Shown: positions 1 to 11,100 of the stretch, one piece after another
Position numbering within the stretch: the stretch's first letter is position 1
Layout: each line of letters begins with the position of its first letter
Assembly (NCBI GenBank): GCA_051530055.1
Contig: CM121343.1
Coordinates: 2,016,389 to 2,080,388 of the forward strand
DNA: 64,000 nt
Direction: 5' to 3'
Source of the DNA: Neoechinorhynchus agilis
Lineage: Eukaryota > Animalia > Acanthocephala
The notes under the pieces: generated by a model
Database searches by the model: none
What the model saw: only the letters and a program-made list of their open reading frames with translations
Told to the model about the DNA's origin: nothing
Made by a program: the position numbers and the translations under genes

Positions 1-2610
1 TCTGGCAGTGTTTGCATTGATTGACGAAGATTTCCACGTCTGCTCCAATTGTAATGACCGTCGTGGAGCATACTCAACACCGTTGGGCGCAATTGCTTAA
101 GAATGACAATTCTTTGTTGCATCATGAGCATGCCGTCTTCCTCTTACAATTCGCTTCTTCGGTCCCAGTATTTCTTTTCATCTCTATCCATCTTAGGCTC
201 GCAACCGTATTTCAAAAACCTGACTATTCGTTGAGTTTCATCATCGTATTTCGTAGCCTCAATAATCGTCCTTCTTGATAGCTGATAGTGTTTGACACCT
301 TCGTTCTGAATCGTAAACAACGTCCTGGCGTCGACAGTGCTCTCCTTTGCTTCTAGACTTAGTGGGTTGGGTAAGCGAGATAGACACTCGGCATACAAAT
401 TCGTTTTGCCCTTCACGTATCTCACATCGTAATCGTACTCGTCCAACGTACTATTCGTCCATTGGTCATCTTGCTTAATGTTCTGTTTTCTCCAAATATA
501 TGCCTTAACGGTTGATGATCCGTTTCGATCGTGAAGTGTCGGCCAAAAATATATTTACGAAAAGCCAGGGCTTCCTTATCCAATGTTGAATATTATAGCC
601 CTGCTGGGCTGAGTTTCTTGGAAGCAAACATGATAGGCATATATTTCTGGTTTCGCTCATCAAATTGGAAAATAGCAGCTCTAACTCCTTTCTCGCTAGC
701 ATCACAAGCTAAGGTCACTAGTTTCGCTTCATCGAATAGTATCAAGCTGATATGATTCGATACAGCCTCCTTGACATCGATAAACGCATTTTTTCATTTT
801 TGCCCCATTTCCACTTGGGATTCACTATAAGCAAATCCTGCAACGGTGCAAAAATTGTTTGCAAATGTGATATGAATTTGTCTAAGAAGTTCACCGCACC
901 TAAAAAGGATAGCAGCTCTTTCTTACAAACAGGATCTGCCGCCAGTTTCAAATCATCCACTCGTTCTGCACTTGCTTGTCATTCCCCTTCACCAGAGAGT
1001 GCCCCAAATAACTAACATGTTCTTTTAGAAATTGACATTTGTCCTTCTTTACTCGCACTCCCGCCGATTCCAGCCTTGAAAGGACAGTCTTCGAGTTCCG
1101 CAAATGGTCCTCATCATTCGTCCCCGAGACAATAATATCATCAATATATGCTTGTGTCATCGGTATGCCCTCAAGCAGCTCATCCATGAACAGCTGAAAC
1201 ATCTTCGGAGCTGCAGAAATTCCGAATTGGAGTCTTTGATAGCTGAACAACTCCCGGGAGTTGCAATCGTCAATAGTCCCTTAATGTCCTCATCAACTTC
1301 GAATTGTAAATATGCATCAGCCAGGTCTAAGACAGAATACTTCTAACCATTGAACAATTTACCCGCTAGTACCTCCATACTAGGCACCTTAAAGTCCCCG
1401 CAACTCCGAATCCTTCCATCGGGTATTTTTATGGGCATAATCGGTGTCGCCCATTCGATTGACTGTTCGGCGCTCTGCACTGGCTTGAGAATTCCTTCAC
1501 CTTCCAGTCGCTGTAATTCTTCTTTGATCGGTTTAATCAATGCGAACGGTATCCAACGAGCTGGCAGAAAAATGGGTTCGGCATTCTTTTTCAATGATAA
1601 TTTAACTTTATAATTCTTGATCGTGTCTTGGGTTTTTCGAAATACATTCGCATAATCACCCACAAGCTTTTGTAAACGTACGTCCCTTGATCCTTCGTTA
1701 ACGGTATTCACGAAAACCTGATAAGGCAGCTTCATCTCGAATTCCCTGCACCATACCAGTCTGAACAAACATCGAGGTGCCCTATCTATCACAGTCACCG
1801 GGACCTTATTCCTTTGATTTTCAACTTCCACCCATACCTTGCATTGTCCCAAATTCGGTATCCTCGATCCACTGAAACCGGTCAATAATGAGCTAGTTTC
1901 CCTATGCGATTCCAAACGACTTTACTTATTATACTGACATCGGCACCTGTGTCAAATTGCATCGAAACTTTAGAACCATTTATCCTGACTTCCACCCATG
2001 CTTGCTTTTGGATCGGTATTTTCTCAACTTTTGTAACCTGAAATTCGTTTTCGCTCGGATCGGGGCTGATTCGCTGTAGCATGCTCACATTTTGACCCCA
2101 GCACTTTCTAGCGACATGGCCATATCTTTCACACTTGAAACACTTGATCATCTGTGCCTTGCATTGGTGATTTTGACCATGGCCTAGTCCACATTTAGAG
2201 CATTCGTTTCTCCGATTGTTGAGGTCTCTTGAATTTCTTTTTATCGGCCACACGTGCTCTTCGATCTCAGCTGCAGGCTTCGGGATCAACTCCATCGCTC
2301 TTTTCGTTGCTTCGAATTTAAGAGCTATTTCCTGAAGCATTTCAAAACTAAGATTCTCCATCTGAAACGCAGCTCTTCTGGCTGCTTCGTGCGGTGTATG
2401 GAGCACCACATGATCCCTCAGCCTTTCTGACTCCGTTTCTATCTCTTTTTTTATAGAATTTGCAGCCTTCTGCAGCTCCCTTTAGTTCAGCATACCATTC
2501 AGAATAGGTTTGTACTGCCTTCATCAAAACTTGACCGAACTTATATCGAGCCGTCACCTCGTGTTCGAACATTCCCAGCAGACTTCAGAGCGTGTTGCAA
2601 ATTTCCGCAT
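1..2610 (-). mobile_element. Degenerate Ty3/Gypsy LTR retrotransposon (gag with CCHC knuckles, protease, RT, RNase H), running off the left edge of the window
   Basis: Minus-strand ORFs carry gag CFKCERYGHVARKC, protease MQFDTGADVS, RT WATPIMPIKIPDGRIRSCGDFK / YQRLQFGISAAPKMFQ / AYIDDIIV / VSYLGH and RNase H YDYDVRYVKGKTNLYAECLSRLP. The coding region is broken by stops and frameshifts. No LTR pair is visible. Confidence 0.92.
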
Positions 2611-2627
2611 AACTCACCAACTGCAAC

Positions 2628-3915
2628 CACAAATACGGAATGTACAAACTCGGCTAGTATTTTAGCTCGGGGTAAGTGTTGAATTCTTAAATGCTTTTAC
2701 TGGCAAGCCGGTTCTATTGATTCAGATTTAGGAGATTATCATAACACTTCCTTAACAACAACAACACACCAACGCGCTGCCACACCACTACCACAATAAT
2801 CATTGGCACACTCTACATACGTCACCCGTCACCGCAATATTGATCACCACAGACATTCCTTCTCCGGCATCTTTTGTTTTTCCTTCTTGCCATGAAACCA
2901 CACCGATCTCTTACATCACAGAAGTGATTGAATCACTTAGAATCTGATGCATACTGTAAAGAGTTTGTACATTCTTGTCCGGATTCTAAGATACCTCCAG
3001 GAGGCGGGACCCCTTCCTTCAGCGAGGTTTCGTCCCCTTTTTAGTTATGCATCATCGGCGATCGTGGATATTGAACCCTTTGACTCTTAAAACGGGATTA
3101 AAGGCTCAAGTCCACTTGACTTCTTCAGCACAACTACCGAATGTACAAACTCGGCCAGTATTACAGTTCGGGCGGGTATTGAATTCTTAAATGTTTTTAC
3201 TGGCAAGCCGGTTCTATTGATTCAGATTTAGGAGATTATCATAACAATTCCTTAACAACAACACACCAACGCGCTGCCACACCACTACCACAATAATCAT
3301 TGGCACACTCTACATACGTCACCCGTCACCGCAATATTGATCACCACAGACATTCCTTCTCCGGCATCTTTTGTTTTTCCTTCTTGCCATGAAGCCACAC
3401 CGATCTCTTACATCACAGAAGTGATTGAATCACTTAGAATCTGATGCATACTGTAAAGAGTTTGTACATTCTTGTCCGGATTCTAAGATACCTCCAGGAG
3501 GCGGGACCCCTTCCTTCAGCGATGTTTCGTCCCCTTTTTAGTTGTGCATCATCGGCGATCGTTGATATTGAACCCTTTGACTCTTAAACCGGGATTAAAG
3601 GCTCAAGTCCAGTTTACCTTTTCAGCACAACTACGGAATGTACGAACCCGGCCAGTATTTTAGCTCGGGTTAAGTGTTGAATTCTTAAATGCTTTTACTG
3701 GCAAGCCGGTTCTATTGATTCAGATTTAGGACATTCCTTCCTTGGGATTTACAAACTCTTTACCGTATGCATCAGAGTATAAGTGATTCAATCATTTCTC
3801 TGGTGTATGGGGTCGGCGTGGCTTCATGCCAAGAAGGGACACTAAAAAAGCCGAGGAAAGAATGTAATAATCTGAATATATAGAACCGGCTTGCCAGGAA
3901 AAACATTTAAGAAAA
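2628..3915 (-). mobile_element. tRNA-head/hammerhead family locus A: about 2.3 tandem copies of a ~500 bp unit plus an inverted arm at the 5' end
   Basis: gaatgtac(a/g)aac recurs at ~2638, ~3138 and ~3636. The minus strand reads GTAGTTGTGCTGAAG..GGGTTCAATATCC..GGGGACGAAACCTC..GGTCCCGCCTCCTGGAGGTATC. Positions 3745-3915 are an inverted copy of part of the unit (actggcaagccggttc vs gaaccggcttgccag). Confidence 0.85.
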
Positions 3916-4397
3916 TCGATACATGGCTACACTACCAAGTAAATCTTCATTTTTCACATACAGTTCCAAAATGCACCAAATATAGCGATTCAGCAATGTA
4001 ATTTAATTCAAAAAGACATTATGATTAGTTGTTATCCCCTATTGAACCAAAAACAAAGGCAGCTATGAAAATGAAGGCGACGTGAGAAATCACATGATCC
4101 AATGTTACTCGTTTATAATAAAACGCGATCTCACGCGACTTATCCACACCCCATTGATTGCATCGATCTTCATGTAAATCCTAATCATTGTTTAATCGAT
4201 TCGAAAACCATTCCGAGTGGGACATACGAACCGTGTATTTCGCAAGCAGCCACGAAAGAATCGGATAGAAGGCATAGCATTTCTGAAATTACGCTCATTT
4301 AATTATTTTCGTCTTTTGGTAAATATTTCGTGCCGTTTTGTATTTGTAGGCGTTTTTGAAATGTTCGGTGAATGTGAAAATTTGATTTTTTTTTCAG

Positions 4398-7043
4398 ATG
4401 TCCGAACCAATCAGATCACGATTTTTCCGAGGAGCAACGGGTTCCAGCTCAAGTACAAGCGAATCGGAAGATGAGGTCGTAGAAGCAACACCAAGAACTC
4501 GACTATTTAAACCCCAGCGGAAGATGAGTGACGATGAGAAGAAAAGGGTCGTCCGGTCTGAAAAAGATAAACGGCACGGCGATATGCAAATGGCTATTAA
4601 AATGATGCACAACGCAATGAAAATCAATGATTTTGGTCGATTAATTGATGGATTTGATACGTTGACTAAATCCTTCGCCAAAGCAGCTAAAGTGATTGCG
4701 GTGCATGGAATTCCAAATTTCTTCATTGTCGCATTGGCTCAACTTCAAGACTATATTGACGAATGCTGGGATCGGGAAGATGGAGCTTGGCGTCGAAATC
4801 TTGATAAAAATGCTTCAAAGCATCTTAGTTCTTTAAAGCAACGATTAAAGAAATACAATCGTGATTTCGAATCAGAAATCGCCGTCTGTAGACAAAATCC
4901 TGCTGCGTTTGCACAAACTGCGGAATCAGAGGAATTTGAGGGCGATGGGGACGACCGTTCGACCCTGAGTAGCAATCATTTTTCAATTGATGAGCAAAGG
5001 GAAAGGATGAGTGAGGGATCAACGATTTTGGAACTCTCGGAAGACGATGAAATGTTTGTTGTTGGTGATGTGGCTGGCATAGAAGATATTGATTTCGACG
5101 CCACTAATCCCGATGAAATGTGGAAGTTGTTTTTAAAAGACGAGAAACCGGCTAAGCTCGAAGGGGCACCAGTGGCGACCAAAAAGCGGAAGCAAAGGGC
5201 TCAAAAAATCGTGATTGGAGCCGAAGGAGACGAGGAAGCCATTTCTGATGGCGAAGGATGGGAAGAAGTTAAGAAGGGAGAAGGAGTAACCTTGGAGCGA
5301 GTGAAAATGTTTGACAAAAATGCTGTTATCACAGAAGAAGACATGATCAATAAATTAAATGAAATAGCATCAATGCGGAACAAGCGAGGGATGACGAACC
5401 AAGAAAAACGTGACCGACTCTCGGAGCTACGCTCAGTCTTTAGAACGAACGGCACATTTCCCATTGGAATCGATGTTAAATTGATTGTGCAGCTTATTGA
5501 TTTGCAACTCGACCGTAGTCGACGACTTCAACCCTTTGAAGATTGGTTGGCATCATTAGGATTATTGGAAGAGTTTTTGAAGATATTGACTTCCCGAGAT
5601 GATGTTAAGTTGGTCCATGGCTTATACGACGACGAAGACTTGACGACAAACGGTAATTTTAAGGTCCGATCATGTTATGTGAGTTTACTTGAGTCTCTCT
5701 CCAAAGAGCATACAAAAATCCTCCAAAATACCGATCCATCAAGTTGGGAATACATTAGACGATCTGCTATGATTTCTAGAATGCGGGCGTTGTATAATGA
5801 GTCCGAGAAATATTTTCAAGCTGCATTTGAAGGCAGCGATGCTATCGATAGGCTATGTAGGTTGTACATTATATGTTTAGAAAGCGAGTACGCATTCCAT
5901 CGAACTGTAGGCGAACCGGAATGGACCACCTTTTCGGAAAGAGTTCGATTTATCGTAAAAAATTCAGATGATAAAAGCAGTCGACTAAAAGCGGTTCTGT
6001 TCGAAGCATATCGCCTTGCAATGCATGATTTGTTTGAAGAGTCTCATGATATACTCTGCTCTTCCCTGGTCCAAGATTCCATTCAAACAAAAGAAGCCGA
6101 TATTCAAATCCTTTACAATCGTGCATATTTGCAATGCGGAGTCTGTGCCTTTCGACAATCTCACATTCGCGATTCATACGCAATCCTGTCAGACATTTAT
6201 GGCACCAATCGAGTTCGGGAGTTGGTCGGACAAGGAATGCCAACTGCCCGCAATATTGACAAAATTCGCGAACAAGAAGTTTTGGAAAGACAACGAATCC
6301 TTCCTTACCATCTTCACATGAACTTAGAAATGGCGGAGTGCGTTTATCTCACAGGCGCCATACTGACTGAAATATCTGCTATGAATATTGATTCGCCTCG
6401 AAAACGACAGCTTAACAAACAATTCTTCCACCAGATTAAACAATATGAACGGCAACCCTTCTTTGGATCACCGGATACTTGTAAAGAACACGTAATGGCA
6501 GCAATACGATGTGTCAAAAATGCCGATTGGAATGGAGCATGCGATTTGCTTATCAACGACAAAATGAATCGAAAAGTGTGGGGACGATTAGCCACTCCGA
6601 ATTTCCCCATTGAACAAATCCAAGCAACCGTTACAAACGCAGCCAAAATAGAATGCCTCAAGATTTTTTTAATGTGCTTGGCAACGTCTTATACAAACTT
6701 ACGACTTAAGACGCTCTCTGATATGTTTGACCTTCCAGAGTACCTAGAGTATTCCAAAGACCTTCCTGTGAATACTACGGTCGAATGTGTTAAGCGGATT
6801 GTCAGTGATATGATTTCTCGAGGTGAAATAAGAGCAAAATTGAGTGAACAGGACGATCATTTGGTTATGCTTCACTCCCGGCAAACTCCGGTTTTGAAGT
6901 CGGCAATAAACGTCATCGATAAATTCCTTCAGCTTATGGAAATAGGAGAAAAGATTGCATCATACACCAGTGGAAATCCCGGCACAATCGGGAACATCAT
7001 TGGGCAACAAATTTCAAGAACACACCAAAGAACCAATAATTGA
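4398..7043 (+). CDS. EIF3C: Eukaryotic translation initiation factor 3 subunit C (881 aa, single open frame)
   Basis: N-terminal SRFF..SSS..SESEDE, KRVVRSEKDKR, AMKINDF; central LYNRAYLQCGVCAFRQ, RILPYHLHMNLEMAECVYL and GSPDTCKEHVMAA; C-terminal PCI-like region. Confidence 0.95.
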   Translation: MSEPIRSRFFRGATGSSSSTSESEDEVVEATPRTRLFKPQRKMSDDEKKRVVRSEKDKRHGDMQMAIKMMHNAMKINDFGRLIDGFDTLTKSFAKAAKVIAVHGIPNFFIVALAQLQDYIDECWDREDGAWRRNLDKNASKHLSSLKQRLKKYNRDFESEIAVCRQNPAAFAQTAESEEFEGDGDDRSTLSSNHFSIDEQRERMSEGSTILELSEDDEMFVVGDVAGIEDIDFDATNPDEMWKLFLKDEKPAKLEGAPVATKKRKQRAQKIVIGAEGDEEAISDGEGWEEVKKGEGVTLERVKMFDKNAVITEEDMINKLNEIASMRNKRGMTNQEKRDRLSELRSVFRTNGTFPIGIDVKLIVQLIDLQLDRSRRLQPFEDWLASLGLLEEFLKILTSRDDVKLVHGLYDDEDLTTNGNFKVRSCYVSLLESLSKEHTKILQNTDPSSWEYIRRSAMISRMRALYNESEKYFQAAFEGSDAIDRLCRLYIICLESEYAFHRTVGEPEWTTFSERVRFIVKNSDDKSSRLKAVLFEAYRLAMHDLFEESHDILCSSLVQDSIQTKEADIQILYNRAYLQCGVCAFRQSHIRDSYAILSDIYGTNRVRELVGQGMPTARNIDKIREQEVLERQRILPYHLHMNLEMAECVYLTGAILTEISAMNIDSPRKRQLNKQFFHQIKQYERQPFFGSPDTCKEHVMAAIRCVKNADWNGACDLLINDKMNRKVWGRLATPNFPIEQIQATVTNAAKIECLKIFLMCLATSYTNLRLKTLSDMFDLPEYLEYSKDLPVNTTVECVKRIVSDMISRGEIRAKLSEQDDHLVMLHSRQTPVLKSAINVIDKFLQLMEIGEKIASYTSGNPGTIGNIIGQQISRTHQRTNN

Positions 7044-7269
7044 ATAAAACGACCTGTGTTTTTCACTTATGTTTCTTATAAACACATTTAATAAGGCTAA
7101 TGCTTCTTTTCTAGTGGCTTCACTGCGAAGGAAAACGAGGATCGATCACGAAAATGGTATTTGCGATTTACTTGCTCTGATGTGTTTCTGTATCTAACCA
7201 TTATCGCATTCCGTGCAAGCAAATATTTTTATTTGGTTTATAAAACCTATCAATTTTTGTTGTTTGTTG

Positions 7270-7906
7270 GATTTACTTAGCAAACCACTCATCTATCAAA
7301 TTCGTTAGAGGTGGCTCCGAACCATCCGATCACAATGTGGACAGGAATTTGCCGCTGGGAGCTGTGGGCTTTTTTGGCTCCTCAACCTTTCTCTTTCCTA
7401 TCTCTGATGTTCCTGGACATTTTATCGTCGGAGATCTTGACACTCGAGAGGATCTTGTCAATGAACTTTTTCCGATCGTTCTCCATGTTTCAGTGTTGAA
7501 GTTCGCAAGAGTGAGGAATTTTTGGGTTGGTCCTTTAATCTCCTTTCCAGGGCATCTCTTGAACGGTAGCCGTTTTCGTTCACTTCGAAGAGAATCTGCT
7601 TTGGAAGGTTGATGCTGGGAAACCGATAAATGTCTCCGAGGAAGTGGACTCGGTGCTTCAGGATCAGACCGTCGATGCGTGACATCCCACTTCGCTCCAA
7701 GGATGTTTCTTGGCTTCTGTTGGTGGAAATGTTCAAGATCGTTAATTTGCCCATTGTATAATGTCCAAGTTTCGGAGACATATTAAAGAGCTGGTTGGAT
7801 TACAGCCAATTGCACTTGGAGTTTGGTTGAGACTCAGATTCCTTTGATTGAAAACGCGTTTGAGGCTCGAATTCCATTCTGGATATCTAGTGTGAGATCG
7901 TTGTTA
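7270..7906 (-). mobile_element. 3' part of an RTE-clade LINE (post-RT region and C-terminal Cys/His motif), degenerate
   Basis: The minus strand gives STKLQV...YVSETWTLY..QINDLEHFHQQKPRNILGAKW, HRVHFLGDIYRFPSINLPKQILFEV and CPHCDRMVRSHL, typical of RTE ORF C-termini. It is contiguous with the 175-bp satellite. Confidence 0.8.
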
Positions 7907-8116
7907 CACTGATGATACTGCTAAGATAGCAGAATATTCTGTCGAGTTGTGCGTCTTGGTTGGGAGTCTCGGGAAATTGCCTGAACAATGTACTTATTTT
8001 TATCGATGTTCACTAATAGCACTGCCAAATTGTATGCGTTTTTGAAGGATTCATCGCTCCTTTGAAGATCTTCCAAGGAATCACTGATGATACTTTGCTA
8101 AGATAATGAGAATATT

Positions 8117-8156
<40 letters not shown>

Positions 8157-11100
8157 TACTGTAGGAGTTGTGCGTCCTGGTTGGAGTCTCGGGAAATTGC
8201 CTGAACAATGTGCTTATTTTTTTATCGATGGTTCACTAATAGCACTGCCAAATTGTACGCGTTTCCGAAGGATTCAGCGCTCCTTTGAAGATCTTCCAAG
8301 GAATCACTGGTGATACTGCTAGAATGATCTTCTGTAGAGTTGTGCGTCTTGGTTGGAGTATAATTGCCTGAACAATGTACTTATTTTTATCGATGTTCAC
8401 TAATAGCCCTGCCAAATTGTACGCGTTTTCGGAGGATTCAGCGCTCCTTTGAAGATCTTCCAAGGAATCACTGATGATACTGCTAAGATAGCAGAATATT
8501 CTGTAGAGTGATGCGTCTTGGTTGGGAGTCTCGGGAAATTGTATGAACAATGTACTTACTTTTTATCGATGTTCACTAATAGCCCTGCCAAATTGTACGC
8601 GTTTTCGAAGGATTCAGCGCTCCTTTGAAGATCGTCCAAGCAATCACTGATGATACTGCTAAGATAGCAGAATATTCTGTAGAGTTGTGCGTCTTGGTTG
8701 GGAGTCTCGGGAAATTGCCTGAACAATGTACTTATTTTTATCGATGTTCACTAATAACCCTGCCAAATTGTACGCGTTTTCGAAGGATTCAGCGCCACTT
8801 TGAAGATCTTCCAAGTAATTACTGATGATACTGCTAAGATAGCAGAATATTCTGTAGAGTTGTGCGTATTGGTTGGGAGTCTCGGGAAAATTACCTGAAT
8901 AATGTACTTATTTTTATCGATGTTCACTAATAGCCCTGTAAAATTGTACGCGTTTTCGAAGGATTCAGCGCTCCTTTGAAGAACTTCCAAGGAGTCACTG
9001 ATGATACTGCTAAGATAGCAGAATATTCTGTAGAGTTGTGCGTCTTGGTTGGGAGTCTCGGGAAATTGCCTGAACAATGTACTTATTTTTATCGATGTTC
9101 ACTAATAGCCCTGCCAAATTGTACGCGTTTTCGTAGGATTCAGCGCTCCTTTGAAGAACTTCCAAGGAATCACTGATGATACTGCTAAGATAGCAGAATA
9201 TTCTGTAGAGTTGTGCGTCTTGGTTGGGAGTCTCGGGAAATTGCCTGAACAATGCACTTATTTTTATCGATGCTCACTAATAGCCCTGCCAAATTGTACG
9301 CGTTTTCGAAGGATTCAGCGCTCCTTTGAAGAACTTCCAAGGAATCACTGATGATACTGCTAAGATAGCAGAATATTCTGTAGAGTTGTGCGTCTTGGTT
9401 GGGAGTCTCGGGAAATTACCTACAATGTACATATTTTTTATCGATGTTCACTAATAGCCCTGCCAAATTGTACGCGTTTTCGAAGGATTCAGCGCTCGCT
9501 GAAGATCTTCCAAGGAATCACTGATGATACTGCTAAGATAGCAGAATATTCTGCAAGTTGTACGTCTTGGTTGGAGTCTCGAAGTACTGAACAATGTACT
9601 TATTTTTATCGATGTTCACTAATAGCCCTTCCAAATTGTACGCGTTTTCGAAGGATTCAGCGCTCCTTTGAAGATCTTCCAAGGAATCACTGATGATACT
9701 GCTAAGATAGCAGAATATTCTGTAGAGTTGAGCGTCTTGGTTGAGAGTCTCGGGATATTGCCTGAACAATGTACTTATTTTTTATCGATGTTCACTAATA
9801 GCCCTGCCCAATGGTACGCGTTTGCGAAGGATTAAGCGCTCCTTTGAAGATCTTCCAAGGAATCACTGATGATACTGCTAAGATAGCAGAATATTCTGTA
9901 GAGTTGTGCGTCTTGGTTGGGAGTCTCGGGAAATTGCCTGAACAATGTACTTATTTTTTATCGATGATCACTAATAGCCCTGCCCAATGGTACGCGTTTT
10001 CGAAGGATTCAGCGCTCCTTTGAAGATCTTCCAAGGAATCACTGATGATACTGCTAAGATAGCAGAATATTCTGTAGAGTTGTGCATCTTGGTTGGGAGT
10101 CTCGGGAAATTACCTGAACAATGTACTTATTTTTATCGATGTTCACTAATAGCCCTGCCAAATTGTACGTGTTTTCGAAGGATTCAGCGCTCCTTTGAAG
10201 ATCTTCCAAGGAATCACTGATGATACTGCTAAGATAGCAGAATATTCTGTAGAGTTGTTAGTCTTGGTTGGGAGTCTCGGGAAATTGCCTGAACAATGTA
10301 CTTCATTTATCGATGTTCACTAATAGCCCTGCCAGGTGTGCGTTTTCCAGAAGGATTCAGCGCCCTTTGAAGATCTTCCAAGCAATCATTGATGATACTG
10401 CTAAGATAGCAGAATATTCTGTAGAGTTGTGCGTCTTGGTTGGGAGTCTCCGGAAATTGCCTGAACAATGTACTTATTTTTATCGATGTTCACTAATAGC
10501 CCTGCCAAATTGTACACGTTTTCGAAGGATTCAGCGCTCCTTTGAAGGTCTTCCAAGGAATCACTGATGATACTGCTAAGATAGCAGAATATTCTGTAGA
10601 GTTGTGCGTCTTGGTTGGGAGTCTCGGGAAATTGCCTGAACAATGTATTTGTTTTTATCGATGTTCACTAATAGCCCTGCCAAATTGTACGCGTTTTCGA
10701 AGGATTCAGCGCTCCTTTGAAGATCTTCCAAGGAATCACTGATGATACTGCTAGGATAGCAGAATATTCTGCAGAGTTGTGCGTCTTGGTTGGGAGTCTC
10801 GGGAAATTGCCTGAACAATGTACTTATTTTTATCGATGTTCACTAATAGCCCTGCCAAATTGTACGTTTTCGAAGGATTCAGCGCTCCTTTGAAGGTCTT
10901 CGAGCAATCACTGATGATACTGCAAAATGGCAAATGTACTGTAGTTGTGCGTCTTGGTTGGGAGTCTCGGGAAATTGCCTGAACAATGTACTTATTTTTA
11001 TCGATGTTCACTAATAGCCCTGCCAAATTGTACGCGTTTTCGAAGGATTCAGCGCTCCTTTGAAGATCTTCAAGGAATCACTGATGATACTGCTAAGATA

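Noticed and set aside
2605-2630. TGGTGAG on the minus strand as the Gypsy primer-binding site with LTR end
   Set aside because: Only a few bases of support. The adjacent sequence is locus A rather than an LTR, and no second LTR is available for comparison.
8118-8156. Poly-C/G run as a functional G-quadruplex
   Set aside because: It sits in an error-rich monomer and is more likely a sequencing or assembly artefact.
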